A DNA stretch of 56,002 bases, counting the filler, from Candidatus Woesearchaeota archaeon (GTDB lineage: Archaea > Nanobdellota > Nanobdellia > Woesearchaeales > GCA-2685855), in assembly GCA_002685855.1 (NCBI GenBank). It is 4 parts of 4 records of this genome, joined end to end, with 100 filler letters (N's around TTAATTAATTAA, not from the genome) between each part and the next. Parts side by side here need not be neighbours in the genome. Positions count along the whole stretch, not along the records: positions 1 to 11,989 come from NYYS01000058.1; positions 12,090 to 40,992 come from NYYS01000059.1; 2 more parts are not named here. The stretch is one strand, 5' to 3'. This document shows, one piece after another, positions 8,470 through 18,794 of this stretch. Numbering within the stretch: position 1 is the first letter of the stretch; each line of letters begins with the position of its first letter. The position numbers were made by a program, and so were the translations under genes. Below the pieces are notes generated by a model. That model was given only the letters and a program-made list of their open reading frames with translations. It was not told where the DNA came from and ran no database searches.

Positions 8470-9777
8470 ATGAAGATTACAATTTTTGGAACTGGATACG
8501 TTGGATTGGTTAGTGGTATCTGCTTTGCAGAGCTTGGTAACGATGTTACCTGTGTTGATATTGATGCAGAGAAGATTGAGACGTTGAACAAAGGTATTAT
8601 TCCTATTTATGAGCCTGGGCTGAAGGAGTTGTATGAGAAAACTAAGGAGCGTGGCTTGATTCATTTTACAACTGATGCGGCAACAGCTATTGAGTCGGGA
8701 AAGGTGTTGTTTATCTGTGTGGGAACTCCGCAGAAGCAGAATGGACAGGCAGATCTTAGCTATGTGATGGCTGTTGCTTCGTCGATTGGGAAGCATATGA
8801 AGGAGTATAAGGTTATTGTTGATAAGAGTACGGTTCCTGTTGGAACAGCTGACAAGGTTGCACATGCGATAAAGGAGAGTCAGGATACGGCTGTTGAGTT
8901 TGATGTTACGAGTAATCCTGAGTTTTTGAAGGAAGGAAGTGCGATTAAGGATTTTATGGAGCCGGACAGGATCGTTGTGGGCGCTGATAGTGAGCGGGCA
9001 CAGCAGGTTATGCTGGAGTTGTATAAGCCGTTTGTGACTGAGAAAGCAAAGGTTATCTTTATGGATGTGAAGAGTGCTGAAATTACTAAGTATGCTGCAA
9101 ATGCAATGCTTGCAACACGGATTAGTTTTATGAATGAGCTTGCTCCGTTGTGCGAAGAGGTTGGAGCTGATATTATCAAGGTTGCCCGCGGTATTGGGAC
9201 AGATACGCGGATTGGACCGAAGTTTTTGCAGGCGGGTCCGGGGTATGGCGGGAGTTGTTTTCCTAAGGATATTCGCGCATTGTCTCATGTGCTGGAAACG
9301 CATGGGCAGGCAAATACTATTTTGAAGGCTGTGGATGCTGCAAATGAACGGACGAAGAATCGTGTTGTTCCGCGTGTTAAGAAAATGTTAGGGAGTCTTG
9401 CCAAAAAGAGAGTGGCTGTGTGGGGGCTGGCGTTTAAGCCTGAGACTGATGATATGCGGGAGAGTCCTGCGATCCCTATTATTGAACAGTTGCAGGAGGA
9501 GTTTGCAACGGTTGTTGCGTATGATCCTGAGGCAGAGGAGACGTCGAAGAAGGTTATAAAGAATGTTGAGTATGCAGCTGATCGGTATAGTTGTGTTGAA
9601 GGTGCAGATCTTTTGATTATTGTTACGGATTGGGCAGAGTTTAAGACAGCGAATATGGAGAAGGTGAAGTCTTTGCTGAAAGGGGATTTTGTTTTTGATG
9701 GACGTAATCTGTTTAGTCCGGGTAAGATGAAAGAATTAGGATTCAGGTATGAGAGTATGGGTCGAAAGGGCGTGTAG
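8470..9777 (+). CDS. ugd: UDP-glucose/GDP-mannose dehydrogenase
   Basis: GTGYVG, CVGTP, KSTVPVG, SNPEFL.EG, GYGGSCFPKD, FKPETDD.RES. Confidence 0.95.
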   Translation: MKITIFGTGYVGLVSGICFAELGNDVTCVDIDAEKIETLNKGIIPIYEPGLKELYEKTKERGLIHFTTDAATAIESGKVLFICVGTPQKQNGQADLSYVMAVASSIGKHMKEYKVIVDKSTVPVGTADKVAHAIKESQDTAVEFDVTSNPEFLKEGSAIKDFMEPDRIVVGADSERAQQVMLELYKPFVTEKAKVIFMDVKSAEITKYAANAMLATRISFMNELAPLCEEVGADIIKVARGIGTDTRIGPKFLQAGPGYGGSCFPKDIRALSHVLETHGQANTILKAVDAANERTKNRVVPRVKKMLGSLAKKRVAVWGLAFKPETDDMRESPAIPIIEQLQEEFATVVAYDPEAEETSKKVIKNVEYAADRYSCVEGADLLIIVTDWAEFKTANMEKVKSLLKGDFVFDGRNLFSPGKMKELGFRYESMGRKGV

Positions 9778-9781
9778 AAGG

Positions 9782-11200
9782 TTAGATGCTTTTGATGACT
9801 TCGAATCCTGCATTGAAGAGGTCTTTTAGTTGTTTGTAGTTGTTGATACCTGCGAGTTTTCTGAAGATGAATTTAGGTCGTAAATAGAATGTACGAAAGG
9901 CTTTTTTTAATAGGTCTTGTTGCTGTTGTTTGGATAGGTCTTCATAGGTGAGGCATGCAGAGAGAGGAACGAGTCCAATATATTCCATGCGTTTCATATA
10001 CCAGCGAGGGTCTTCTAAGGCCTTATTTGCTAAGCCCCATTCATATATTTCTGTTCCGGGATAGGCGTTTGTTACGTGGAATCCTGCAAGGTCTGCGTCG
10101 AGTTCTATTGCGAACCTGATTGTTTTTTTTACGCGTTCTACTGTGTCTCCAGGGTTTCCGATCATGAAGTATGCATAGGTTTTAAGTCCTACTTTTTTTG
10201 AGAGTTTGAATGCGTCTCTGGCTTGCTGAATCGTAATGTTTTTATGAATGTTGTTGAGTACGGTTTGTGATCCTGATTCGACGCCGAAAGAGAGCAGTTT
10301 ACATCCTGCTTTTTTTACTTTTCTTAGGATATCCATATCCAGATTATCAACTCTGCTGTTGCAGTTCCATTTTATGTTTAGTTTTCTTTTAATGAGTTCG
10401 TCACAGAACTCGTGGACCCATTTTTTGTCCAGAATAAAGGTGCTGTCTTTTATTGAGACGTGGCCGACACCGAATTTTTTTACATTGTATTCGATTTCAT
10501 CGATGATGTTTTTTACTGATCTCTTTCTCAGCATTCTTCCATGTGTTCTGTGTGCATCGCAGAATGCGCATCGATAGGGGCAGCCTCTGCTTGCGATGAT
10601 GGGCATAAGAGGATATTTTTCTACATAAGGGGATTTGTAGGCATCAAGATCGACCATGGTAAAGTCGGGGAAGGGAAGATTGTCGAGGTCTCTTATGGGT
10701 TCTCTCTTGTCGTTGATCTGCACTTTTCCATTTTTGAGGTAGATTAAGCTTTTTACTTTTTTGTAGTTGCCGTCAAGGTTGTTTACGAGGTCGAGGAAGG
10801 AGTATTCGCCTTCTCCTTGCATGAGAAAGTCAGGGTATTGCGAGAATTGGAAGACCTCTGCGCCGACTGAGTTGATGTGGGGGCCGCCTATGCAGATCTT
10901 TATCTTGTTGTTTTTTGTTTTTACGAGTTTTGAGAGGATGAGTGCGTTGACAATCTGGGGCGTCATGACGCTCATTCCTACGATGTCTGGCTGTTTTCTG
11001 AGGATGATGTTTGCGATCTTTTTAAGGGAGTAATCGGTTACATTGCAGTCCAATACTTCGGGGTGGTAGCCGTTGTCTTTAAGGACTGCGGCTAGGTATA
11101 ATATTCCTAAGGGTGGGAGTGCTATCTTCTGCTTGTTGCCTGCTGTGACAGGAGGATTAATCAGGAGGATGGTTCTATTCTTCTTTTTTGATGATTTCAT
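9782..11200 (-). CDS. B12-binding radical SAM protein
   Basis: PPLGILYLA, GGPH, GEGE, SRGCPYRCAFC, GVESG. Confidence 0.92.
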   Translation of the reverse strand: MKSSKKKNRTILLINPPVTAGNKQKIALPPLGILYLAAVLKDNGYHPEVLDCNVTDYSLKKIANIILRKQPDIVGMSVMTPQIVNALILSKLVKTKNNKIKICIGGPHINSVGAEVFQFSQYPDFLMQGEGEYSFLDLVNNLDGNYKKVKSLIYLKNGKVQINDKREPIRDLDNLPFPDFTMVDLDAYKSPYVEKYPLMPIIASRGCPYRCAFCDAHRTHGRMLRKRSVKNIIDEIEYNVKKFGVGHVSIKDSTFILDKKWVHEFCDELIKRKLNIKWNCNSRVDNLDMDILRKVKKAGCKLLSFGVESGSQTVLNNIHKNITIQQARDAFKLSKKVGLKTYAYFMIGNPGDTVERVKKTIRFAIELDADLAGFHVTNAYPGTEIYEWGLANKALEDPRWYMKRMEYIGLVPLSACLTYEDLSKQQQQDLLKKAFRTFYLRPKFIFRKLAGINNYKQLKDLFNAGFEVIKSI

Positions 11201-11357
11201 TAGGAAAAATGGAAAAATGGAGTGTATAAAAACCTATCGTTTGAAGGGATAAGAGTTATTTAATTGTTATATTCACTTTGGGTTTTATAAACAGATTGTT
11301 GTCTTTTGAGGAAAATTTTTCGGATAGACTTATTAAGGATTGTTGTTATCTTCTTCT

Positions 11358-11888
11358 ATGAATATTGAGGTTGAGATTCGAAGTTTTATTTCAAAGGAGG
11401 AGTATGATAGGTTATTGGTTTTTTTCAGGGAGGAGGGAGAGTTGGTGAAGGATGATTATCAGGTAACCTATTATTTTGATTGTGAGGAGGATCTGAGGAT
11501 TCAGAGGAATAATTTTTATTCTAAGATCTGGTTTAAGAAGGGAAAGATTCATGATGAACACAGGGAGGAGATCGAGATTAAGTTTGATCGGGATGAATTT
11601 GAAAAACTTGAGCGGCTTTTTCTTTCTTTAGGGTATGGGATTGAGATTAAGTGGCTGAGAAAGAGGTTCAAGTTTAGTTGGGAGGGGATTGTTGTTTGTG
11701 TTGATGATACTAAGGGGTATGGGAGGATTATTGAACTGGAACAGGTGTGTTCTGATGAAGAGAAGGAGGATGTTCTGAAAGGGTTGAAGGAGAAGCTTGC
11801 TCGTTTGGGTGTTTCTCTCACGCCTAAGGAGGTGTTTGAGAGGCGTTTTTTGGCATATAAGAAGAATTGGCGAGAGTTGATTGAGTGA
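11358..11888 (+). CDS. CYTH domain protein (class IV adenylyl cyclase-like)
   Basis: IEVEIR, LRI, EEIE, K.R, IELE motifs. Confidence 0.88.
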   Translation: MNIEVEIRSFISKEEYDRLLVFFREEGELVKDDYQVTYYFDCEEDLRIQRNNFYSKIWFKKGKIHDEHREEIEIKFDRDEFEKLERLFLSLGYGIEIKWLRKRFKFSWEGIVVCVDDTKGYGRIIELEQVCSDEEKEDVLKGLKEKLARLGVSLTPKEVFERRFLAYKKNWRELIE

Positions 11889-11928
11889 TCTCTTTTATTT
11901 AATTTCTATATGGAAGTTTTACCGCTTC

Positions 11929-11970
11929 GGGCCTCCCTCCGGCCTAAAGGCCGGAGTACCTACCGGCCCT
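11929..11970. repeat. GC-rich palindromic (REP/IS200-IS605 end-like) element at contig end
   Basis: CTCCGGCCT-AA-AGGCCGGAG hairpin nested within GGGCC...GGCCC. Confidence 0.45.
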
Positions 11971-11989
11971 CACGTCCAAACCTGTTTAG

Positions 11990-12089
11990 NNNNNNNNNNN
12001 NNNNNNNNNNNNNNNNNNNNNNNNNNNNNNNNNTTAATTAATTAANNNNNNNNNNNNNNNNNNNNNNNNNNNNNNNNNNNNNNNNNNNN
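11990..12089. other. Artificial contig linker
   Basis: N run + TTAATTAATTAA (six-frame stop) + N run. Confidence 0.98.
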
Positions 12090-13032
12090 CCTCGACCTCA
12101 GAAAACTCAAACACCAGGCAATCTTCAGAATCCAATCAGCACTACTCCAAGGAATGCGCGACCACCTTCTCGACCAAGACTACACCCAAGTCTTCACCCC
12201 CTGCCTCATGGGAGTCGCCTCAGAATCAGGATCTGACGTCTTTCCCGTAATCTACTTCAACAGAGAAGCATTCCTCAGACAAGACCCCCAACTCCACAGA
12301 CAACTCTCCATAGCCGGAGGAATACAAAAAGTATTCGACATCGGACCCTGCTGGCGCGCAGAACAATCCCACACATCAAAACACCTCACAGAACACAGAG
12401 TCATCGCAGTAGAATCAGGATTCATAAAAGACGAATTAGACACCATGCGCCTCGAAGAAGGCATGATCGTCGCAGCACTCACCAACGTCAAAAAAAAATG
12501 CAAAGAAGAACTCAAAACCCTCAACATAGAAGTCACTATCCCCAAAACACCCTTCCCAGAACTCAGATTCCCCTACATCTATACCCTACTCGAAAAAGCA
12601 GGTAAAAAGATCGAACACGGAGAAGACCTCGACTCAGAAGCAGAAAAAATCCTCTGGGAATACGTACAAAAAAAATACAAAACAGAATTCTACTTCATCA
12701 ATAGATTCCCATTCAAAGCAAAACCCTTCTACGTCATGCGCGTCGACGACGAACCCGAACACGCACGCTCCGTCGACCTCTACTTCAAAGGACTAGAACT
12801 CAGCTCAGGAGGACAACGAGAACACCGCTACGACAAAATCATGCAAGCAATCAAAGAAAAAAAAATGAACGCATCAGAAGTAGAATGGTTCACAAAATTC
12901 TTCGAATTCGGAGTACCCCCTCATGGAGGATTTGCAATAGGAATTGAACGAATTACACAAAGCCTCCTCAACATAGAAAACATAAGAGACTGCGTACTCT
13001 TCCCACGAGACACAGACCGCATCGTACCATGA
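12090..13032 (+). CDS. aspS: Aspartyl-tRNA synthetase (archaeal type), 5' truncated
   Basis: LDLR at the contig edge; AFLRQDPQL, RAE.S...H, ELSSGGQREH, PPHGGF.IG.ER, LFPRD. Confidence 0.93.
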
Positions 13033-13316
13033 AAATAGACACAGAACTCATCCAGAAAATTGCAACCCTCGCACACCTCGAACTCACAGAAGAAGAAGTC
13101 AAAACATTCAAAAAAGACTTCAAAGAAATACTCAACACGTTCAGCATCCTCGACAGGATAGACGTGAAAGGAACAAAAAGCTCCTTCAGACCCCTCGAAC
13201 AAAAAAACATCCTCAGAGAAGATAAAATAAAACCATCCCTCACACAAAAAGAAACACTCTCCTTCACAAAAGACCACAAAGACGGATTCTTCATAGGACC
13301 AAAAACAATAGAATAA
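13029..13316 (+). CDS. gatC: Asp/Glu-tRNA amidotransferase subunit C
   Basis: IA.LA.L, LRED, FF.GPK; position before gatA. Confidence 0.9.
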   Translation: MKIDTELIQKIATLAHLELTEEEVKTFKKDFKEILNTFSILDRIDVKGTKSSFRPLEQKNILREDKIKPSLTQKETLSFTKDHKDGFFIGPKTIE

Positions 13317-13321
13317 AAAGA

Positions 13322-14680
13322 ATGACCCCAACAACAAAAACACCTTCCAAAAAAGAAATCCAAAACGTTCTCAAAGAATGTGAGACCCACAACAAAAAAC
13401 ACCATTGCTTCACCACACTCTGCAAAGAAGAAGCACAAAAACAAAAAAAAGCAAAAGGAACACTCAGCGGAATCTACATCTCTGTAAAAGACAACATCTG
13501 CGTAAAAGACGTAGAAACAACCGCAGGCTCACACATCCTCAAAGGATACCTCCCAAAATTTGACGCAACAACCATTCAAAAACTCAAAGAAGAAGGAGCA
13601 ACAATCATAGGAAAAACATCCTGCGACGCCTTTGGTTTCGGAAGCTTCAACACAAACGTAGGAAAAGGATTCTCAATCCCAAAAAACCCCCACGACACCA
13701 AACGAACAACAGGCGGATCATCCGGAGGAAGCGCAGCCATCACACAACTAGCCACCTTTCCCCATGTTTCACTTGCAGAATCCACAGGAGGCTCCATCGC
13801 CTGCCCTGCATCCTTCTGCGGCATCATCGGACTCACACCCACCTACGGTAGAGTCAGCAGATATGGACTCATCCCCTACGCAAACTCCCTCGACAAAATA
13901 GGAATCATGAGCAAGAAAGTTAGTGAAATAGAACCAATCCTCAAAGTCATCTCAGGATTCGACGAAAAAGACGGAACCAGCCTCAAAGAACCCCTAAACC
14001 TTAACGCACCAAAAAAACTCAGAATAGGCATAATCAAAGAAAGCTATGCAAAAGGAATCGATCCCGAAATCCAAAAAGCACTAAAAAGCATACTCACAAA
14101 ACTAAAACAAAAACACACAATAACAGAGATCTCCCTCCCCCTAACAACAACCTACGGCGTAGCCTGCTACTACATTCTCGCAACAAGCGAAGCATCCACA
14201 AACCTCGCCTGCCTCAGCGGACTCCGCTACGGACAAGAACTCCCTAAAAAAAACAAAGGATTCAACTCCTACTTTACCGAAGTCAGAACAAAATCATTCA
14301 ATCAAGAAAGCAAACGAAGAATCATGATCGGCACATTCACCCGAATGGCAGGATACCGAGACGCCTACTACATCAAAGCAACAAAAGTCAGAACAAAAAT
14401 AATCCAAGAATACAAAAAAGCATTCAAAACCTACGACGTCCTCATCAGCCCAACCATGCCCTTTATCGCTCCCACATTTTCAAACATAGACAAAATGACC
14501 CCCCTCCAAAACTACCTTAGCGACATCCTCACCGTAGGCTCCAACCTCGCAGGACTCCCCCACGCCAGCATCCCCATCGGCAAAAAAGAAGGAATGCCCA
14601 TCGGACTCCTCGCAATCACCGACCACCTCAAAGAAGGAACCCTCCTCCAAACACTCAAAGAAATAGAAGCACTACAATGA
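13322..14680 (+). CDS. gatA: Asp/Glu-tRNA amidotransferase subunit A
   Basis: SVKDNI, GGSSGGSAA, STGGSI..PA.FCG, YGRVSRYG amidase signature. Confidence 0.95.
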   Translation: MTPTTKTPSKKEIQNVLKECETHNKKHHCFTTLCKEEAQKQKKAKGTLSGIYISVKDNICVKDVETTAGSHILKGYLPKFDATTIQKLKEEGATIIGKTSCDAFGFGSFNTNVGKGFSIPKNPHDTKRTTGGSSGGSAAITQLATFPHVSLAESTGGSIACPASFCGIIGLTPTYGRVSRYGLIPYANSLDKIGIMSKKVSEIEPILKVISGFDEKDGTSLKEPLNLNAPKKLRIGIIKESYAKGIDPEIQKALKSILTKLKQKHTITEISLPLTTTYGVACYYILATSEASTNLACLSGLRYGQELPKKNKGFNSYFTEVRTKSFNQESKRRIMIGTFTRMAGYRDAYYIKATKVRTKIIQEYKKAFKTYDVLISPTMPFIAPTFSNIDKMTPLQNYLSDILTVGSNLAGLPHASIPIGKKEGMPIGLLAITDHLKEGTLLQTLKEIEALQ

Positions 14681-16101
14681 AATTCACAACAGACATCGTC
14701 ATCGGACTCGAAATCCACGCAGAACTAGACACACAAACAAAACTCTTCTGCAGCTGCGCAACAAAAGGAAACCAACAACCCAACACACGCTGCTGCCCCA
14801 TCTGCCTCGGACACCCTGGAACAAGACCCGTACTCAACAAAAAAGCACTCGACTACGCAACAAAACTCTGCCTCGCCCTCGGATCCAAACTCACAAAAGA
14901 AATCGTCTTCTCACGAAAAAACTACTTCTACCCTGACATGTCAAAAAACTACCAAATCACACAATTCGAAGAACCCATCGGAACCGGAGGAACAATAACC
15001 CTCAAAACAGGGAGGAAAATCCAGCTCACCCGCATCCACATCGAAGAAGACCCCGCCGCCCTTGCCTACACCCACGGAATGAAAAACTCTGACTCCGTCC
15101 TTGTAGACTACAACAGAGCAGGAAACCCCCTTGTAGAAATAGTCACAGAACCCCAACTTACCTCACCCGCCGAAGCACGTGACTTCCTCAACCGACTCAT
15201 CAGTGTCCTTGGTTACCTAAACATCTTCGATATCACCCGCGGAATAATAAAAGCAGACGCAAACATCTCCCTCAAAGAAAGCAACTACAGCAGAGTCGAA
15301 ATAAAAAACATCTCTGGTTTCAAAGAGATCGAAAAAGCCCTCACCTACGAAATCACAAGACAAAAAACACAGCTAAGGCGCGGCCTGAAAATAACACGAG
15401 AAACACGCGGATGGAACCCCACGAGCAAAACAACACTCTCCCTCCGAACAAAAGAAACAGAAGCAGATTATGGTTACATACTAGAACCCGACCTTTCACT
15501 CATCACTCTAACAGACGAACTCATACACCTAATGAAAAAAGAAATCCCCGAACTTGCACAACAAAAATCAGAACGCTATCAAAGAGAACACAAACTATCC
15601 AAAGAAGACGCAGACGTCATGTCCATGGAACTCGAACTCGCACAACTCTTTGAAAAAGTCGCAACAAAAATCGATCCCAAACTCGCCGCACGTTGGCTCA
15701 GAAGAGAACTCCTCCGCGTCCTCAACTACAACAAAAAAACCACAAAAGAGATACAATTCAACGAAAAAGAGATCATCGAACTCCTCAGCCTCGTTCAAAC
15801 CAACACCATATCAGAAACAACCGCACAAAAACTCATGGAACAACTCATGGAAAAACCCTTCTCACCAAAAGAACACATCAAAAAACACAATCTCGAACAG
15901 GTAACTAACGAAAAAGAAATTGAAACCCTCTGCAAAGAGACAATCAAAGAACATCCACAAGCAGTAAAAGATTATCACGCAGGAGAACAAAAATCCCTCC
16001 ACTACCTCCTCGGCCAGATAATGAAAAAAACCCGAGGAAAAGCAGAACCAACAAAAACAACAAAGATCCTAAAAAAAGAACTTAAAAAGAAAGAGCTCTA
16101 A
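14677..16101 (+). CDS. gatB: Asp/Glu-tRNA amidotransferase subunit B
   Basis: IGLEIH, KLFC, RKNYFYPD, DYNRAG.PL.EIVTEP, VEIKN. Confidence 0.96.
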   Translation: MKFTTDIVIGLEIHAELDTQTKLFCSCATKGNQQPNTRCCPICLGHPGTRPVLNKKALDYATKLCLALGSKLTKEIVFSRKNYFYPDMSKNYQITQFEEPIGTGGTITLKTGRKIQLTRIHIEEDPAALAYTHGMKNSDSVLVDYNRAGNPLVEIVTEPQLTSPAEARDFLNRLISVLGYLNIFDITRGIIKADANISLKESNYSRVEIKNISGFKEIEKALTYEITRQKTQLRRGLKITRETRGWNPTSKTTLSLRTKETEADYGYILEPDLSLITLTDELIHLMKKEIPELAQQKSERYQREHKLSKEDADVMSMELELAQLFEKVATKIDPKLAARWLRRELLRVLNYNKKTTKEIQFNEKEIIELLSLVQTNTISETTAQKLMEQLMEKPFSPKEHIKKHNLEQVTNEKEIETLCKETIKEHPQAVKDYHAGEQKSLHYLLGQIMKKTRGKAEPTKTTKILKKELKKKEL

Positions 16102-16104
16102 AAA

Positions 16105-16386
16105 TCACCCTGCTTTCTTCGTAGAAACAGCTTCCCTCTTCTGTACCAAAACCCTTAACAACCTTCTTTGACCTTTCTTATATACCTGGATATCCATATA
16201 TTTAACAAACAACATTACCAACACTGCAAACAACACCGTCAACGAAGTAGCAGACCCTGCATGCTGATCCAACACAAAGATAAAATAGTTACCATACACC
16301 CAAAAAAAACGGAACAAAAACCCTATCAAAATACCTAAACAAACCAAAAACAGTGCATTCTCATACCTCTGGAACATCCTTCTCAT
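16105..16386 (-). CDS. Small membrane protein (2 TM)
   Basis: Two hydrophobic segments; TATA-like sequence upstream. Confidence 0.55.
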   Translation of the reverse strand: MRRMFQRYENALFLVCLGILIGFLFRFFWVYGNYFIFVLDQHAGSATSLTVLFAVLVMLFVKYMDIQVYKKGQRRLLRVLVQKREAVSTKKAG

Positions 16387-16494
16387 CACAGAACAGAAAT
16401 CCAACCAACTATTTAAAATATATAGGTATAAACGGCAGAAACGTAGGAATCTATCAAAACCTTTTTATACTCAGTTCTCCTAGCTTACTCAGGG

Positions 16495-17046
16495 GTGGAT
16501 AGAATGAAATCAGGATACAAAGTCGGAGACATCATGACACATCAACCAGTTAAAGTACTGGGGACACTTTCTATAAAAGATGCAGCCACACTTATGAAAA
16601 AACAAGGAGTAGGAAGCGTTCTCATCGAAGAAAACAATAATGTTGTAGGCATCGCTACAGAGAAAGACTTTGTTGAACGGGTCATCGCACAAGACATCAG
16701 CCCACAAACACCTATTAAAAATATCATGTCAAGTCTCATAAAAGAAAAAACAACAGCCCCTGACATCGATCTCTACGACGCACTAAAAACCATGAACCAA
16801 CTTGAAATACGAAGACTCCCTGTAATGAACAACGGCCACTTTGTAGGCCTACTTACCCGGAAAGACATCCTTAAATTCCAGCCATCACTCTTCGACGTCA
16901 TTGTAGAAAAACTCCACGTACGAGAAGAACGAAGAAAACCCGGCGTTGCCATCCACGGAGAAGGAATGTGCGAACGCTGCCAAGCAATATCACAAAATCT
17001 GTTTCTCATCGACAACCTAAAGATCTGCCCACGGTGCAGAGTCTAA
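16495..17046 (+). CDS. CBS-pair protein with C-terminal Zn ribbon
   Basis: V.DIMT, GI.TE.D, IRRLPV, G.CERC...ICPRC. Confidence 0.9.
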   Translation: MDRMKSGYKVGDIMTHQPVKVLGTLSIKDAATLMKKQGVGSVLIEENNNVVGIATEKDFVERVIAQDISPQTPIKNIMSSLIKEKTTAPDIDLYDALKTMNQLEIRRLPVMNNGHFVGLLTRKDILKFQPSLFDVIVEKLHVREERRKPGVAIHGEGMCERCQAISQNLFLIDNLKICPRCRV

Positions 17047-17051
17047 TTAAA

Positions 17052-17729
17052 CTATACCTCCAAAAAACTCCTCTCCTTCTTCCGCGTATTCGGACTTAGC
17101 TCACCAAACCCACAATTTGAACAGGTCCAATCAAGATAGATCCACCCATCCTCCTTAACAGTCTTCGGAGCTTCCGGCAACATCACACGAACATAGGCAT
17201 GCCCCTGAATAAACACCAACTGAGCATCAATCCCAACCGCCTCCAACAAAGAAGCCAACAAAATACTTCCTGACTCACAATCACCCGCACCAATCTGCAA
17301 CACCTCACGCGCAGGCTCAACATACTCTGTTCCCAACGGATCATTCACATACTGCAACCCATCCCGAACAAAATAAAACAAGGCCTTTGCATAACACACC
17401 TTATCCCCCGGACAACTCTGCACCACAATATTCGCAGCCTGCTTAATAACAGGATCAGAAGGAGTCACAAACTTCCGATACAAAACAATATCAGAAGCAA
17501 CACCTGGATTCGCCTCTACTGAATAATTTCTGAACATATCAAACGAAGGAACCCCACTAGGCTCAGGATGCCACGGAATCCCATAATACGGAACCAACCA
17601 CAACACCATCAACCCTGCCATCACCACACCCCCTACCCATTTAAGAAGATGAGAACCCGAACCCTTCTCAGGATTCTTCTTCAGATCCTCTTCAATCTCC
17701 TTAGTCGTATAATGGCCCTCGCGCTTCAT
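17052..17729 (-). CDS. Membrane-anchored transglutaminase-like protein
   Basis: TM helix; Y..DP...EY, GDCE, HAY, LDWT triad. Confidence 0.85.
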   Translation of the reverse strand: MKREGHYTTKEIEEDLKKNPEKGSGSHLLKWVGGVVMAGLMVLWLVPYYGIPWHPEPSGVPSFDMFRNYSVEANPGVASDIVLYRKFVTPSDPVIKQAANIVVQSCPGDKVCYAKALFYFVRDGLQYVNDPLGTEYVEPAREVLQIGAGDCESGSILLASLLEAVGIDAQLVFIQGHAYVRVMLPEAPKTVKEDGWIYLDWTCSNCGFGELSPNTRKKERSFLEV

Positions 17730-17778
17730 ATAAATAAAAAGACACAATGTTTATAAATGCTTTATCATTTTTGGCCAC

Positions 17779-18480
17779 ATGTCTCAAACCACATTCAAAC
17801 ACCTCGCAATCATCCTTGATGGCAATAGACGCTGGGCTAAAGAACACAACAAACACCCCGGAAAAGGCCATCAGGAAGGAGCAAAACGCGTAGAAGAACT
17901 CCTCCGATGGTGCAAAGACCTCGACATCAAAGAACTCACCCTCTTCACCTTCTCAGCCCAAAACTTCCATCGAAGCTCAGAAGAGGTTTCCCTTCTCATG
18001 AAACTCTTCAAAGACTGGTTCGGCAGATTCAAAAACAAAAAAGAGATCAAAGAAAACGACATCCAAATCAATTTTCTAGGAAGAACACACCTCTTCCCAA
18101 AAGAGATCCAGGAAATCATGGAAGAACTCACAGAACATACAAAAAACCATAAAACCCGCATTCTAAACTTCTGCATGGGCTACGGAGGCAGAGAAGAGAT
18201 CATCGATGCAGTAAAAGCCCTAACACTCGACGTCAAACAAGGAAAAGTAGATCCATCAAAAATCGATGAAACCCTTTTCGGAACCTATCTCACAACAACA
18301 CACCAGCCCCAACTCATCATCAGAACCGGAGGGGCCCAACGCACATCAAACTTCCTCATATGGCAATCTTTCTACTCGGAATGGTACTTTGAAAAAAAAT
18401 ACTGGCCAGAATTCAGCAAAGAAGACCTCCAACGAATCATTTCAGAATACCAAACCCGTGAACGACGCTTTGGAAAATAA
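17779..18480 (+). CDS. uppS: cis-prenyltransferase (polyprenyl diphosphate synthase)
   Basis: HLAIILDGNRRWA, FS.QNF.R, YGGREEI, IRTGG..RTSNFL.WQ, RRFG. Confidence 0.96.
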   Translation: MSQTTFKHLAIILDGNRRWAKEHNKHPGKGHQEGAKRVEELLRWCKDLDIKELTLFTFSAQNFHRSSEEVSLLMKLFKDWFGRFKNKKEIKENDIQINFLGRTHLFPKEIQEIMEELTEHTKNHKTRILNFCMGYGGREEIIDAVKALTLDVKQGKVDPSKIDETLFGTYLTTTHQPQLIIRTGGAQRTSNFLIWQSFYSEWYFEKKYWPEFSKEDLQRIISEYQTRERRFGK

Positions 18481-18753
18481 CTATTTCAACTTCTTAAAAG
18501 CAGAAAGAAATGTGCTATTTTTCTTCTTCAAACGACTAATCGCATCAAGAATAGCCTTCTGAGGATCACCCGAGCTCATCTCAACAGTAATACGAGGAAT
18601 ACCAATCAACGGATGCTCAATACTATACGCAGCTACAAGAACGTTCTTATCCTCCCATAACTCCTCTTTCAAGGCATTACAGATCGTATGATCTGTTCCC
18701 TCTAATTCAAAGATAAACTTCTTTTTACCGTTCTCAAGAACTCTTAACTCCAT
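18481..18753 (-). CDS. rpoL: RNA polymerase subunit L (Rpo11)
   Basis: G.DHT.CN.L, AAY.IEHPL. Confidence 0.93.
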   Translation of the reverse strand: MELRVLENGKKKFIFELEGTDHTICNALKEELWEDKNVLVAAYSIEHPLIGIPRITVEMSSGDPQKAILDAISRLKKKNSTFLSAFKKLK

Positions 18754-18794
18754 ACCCGTCGTAATTAAGAATGTATTTATAAAGGTTGCTGTTC

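Noticed and set aside
11990..12089. TTAATTAATTAA palindrome inside N runs (also 40993-41092 and 48097-48196)
   Set aside because: Identical artificial six-frame-stop linker; adjacency across it is not biological
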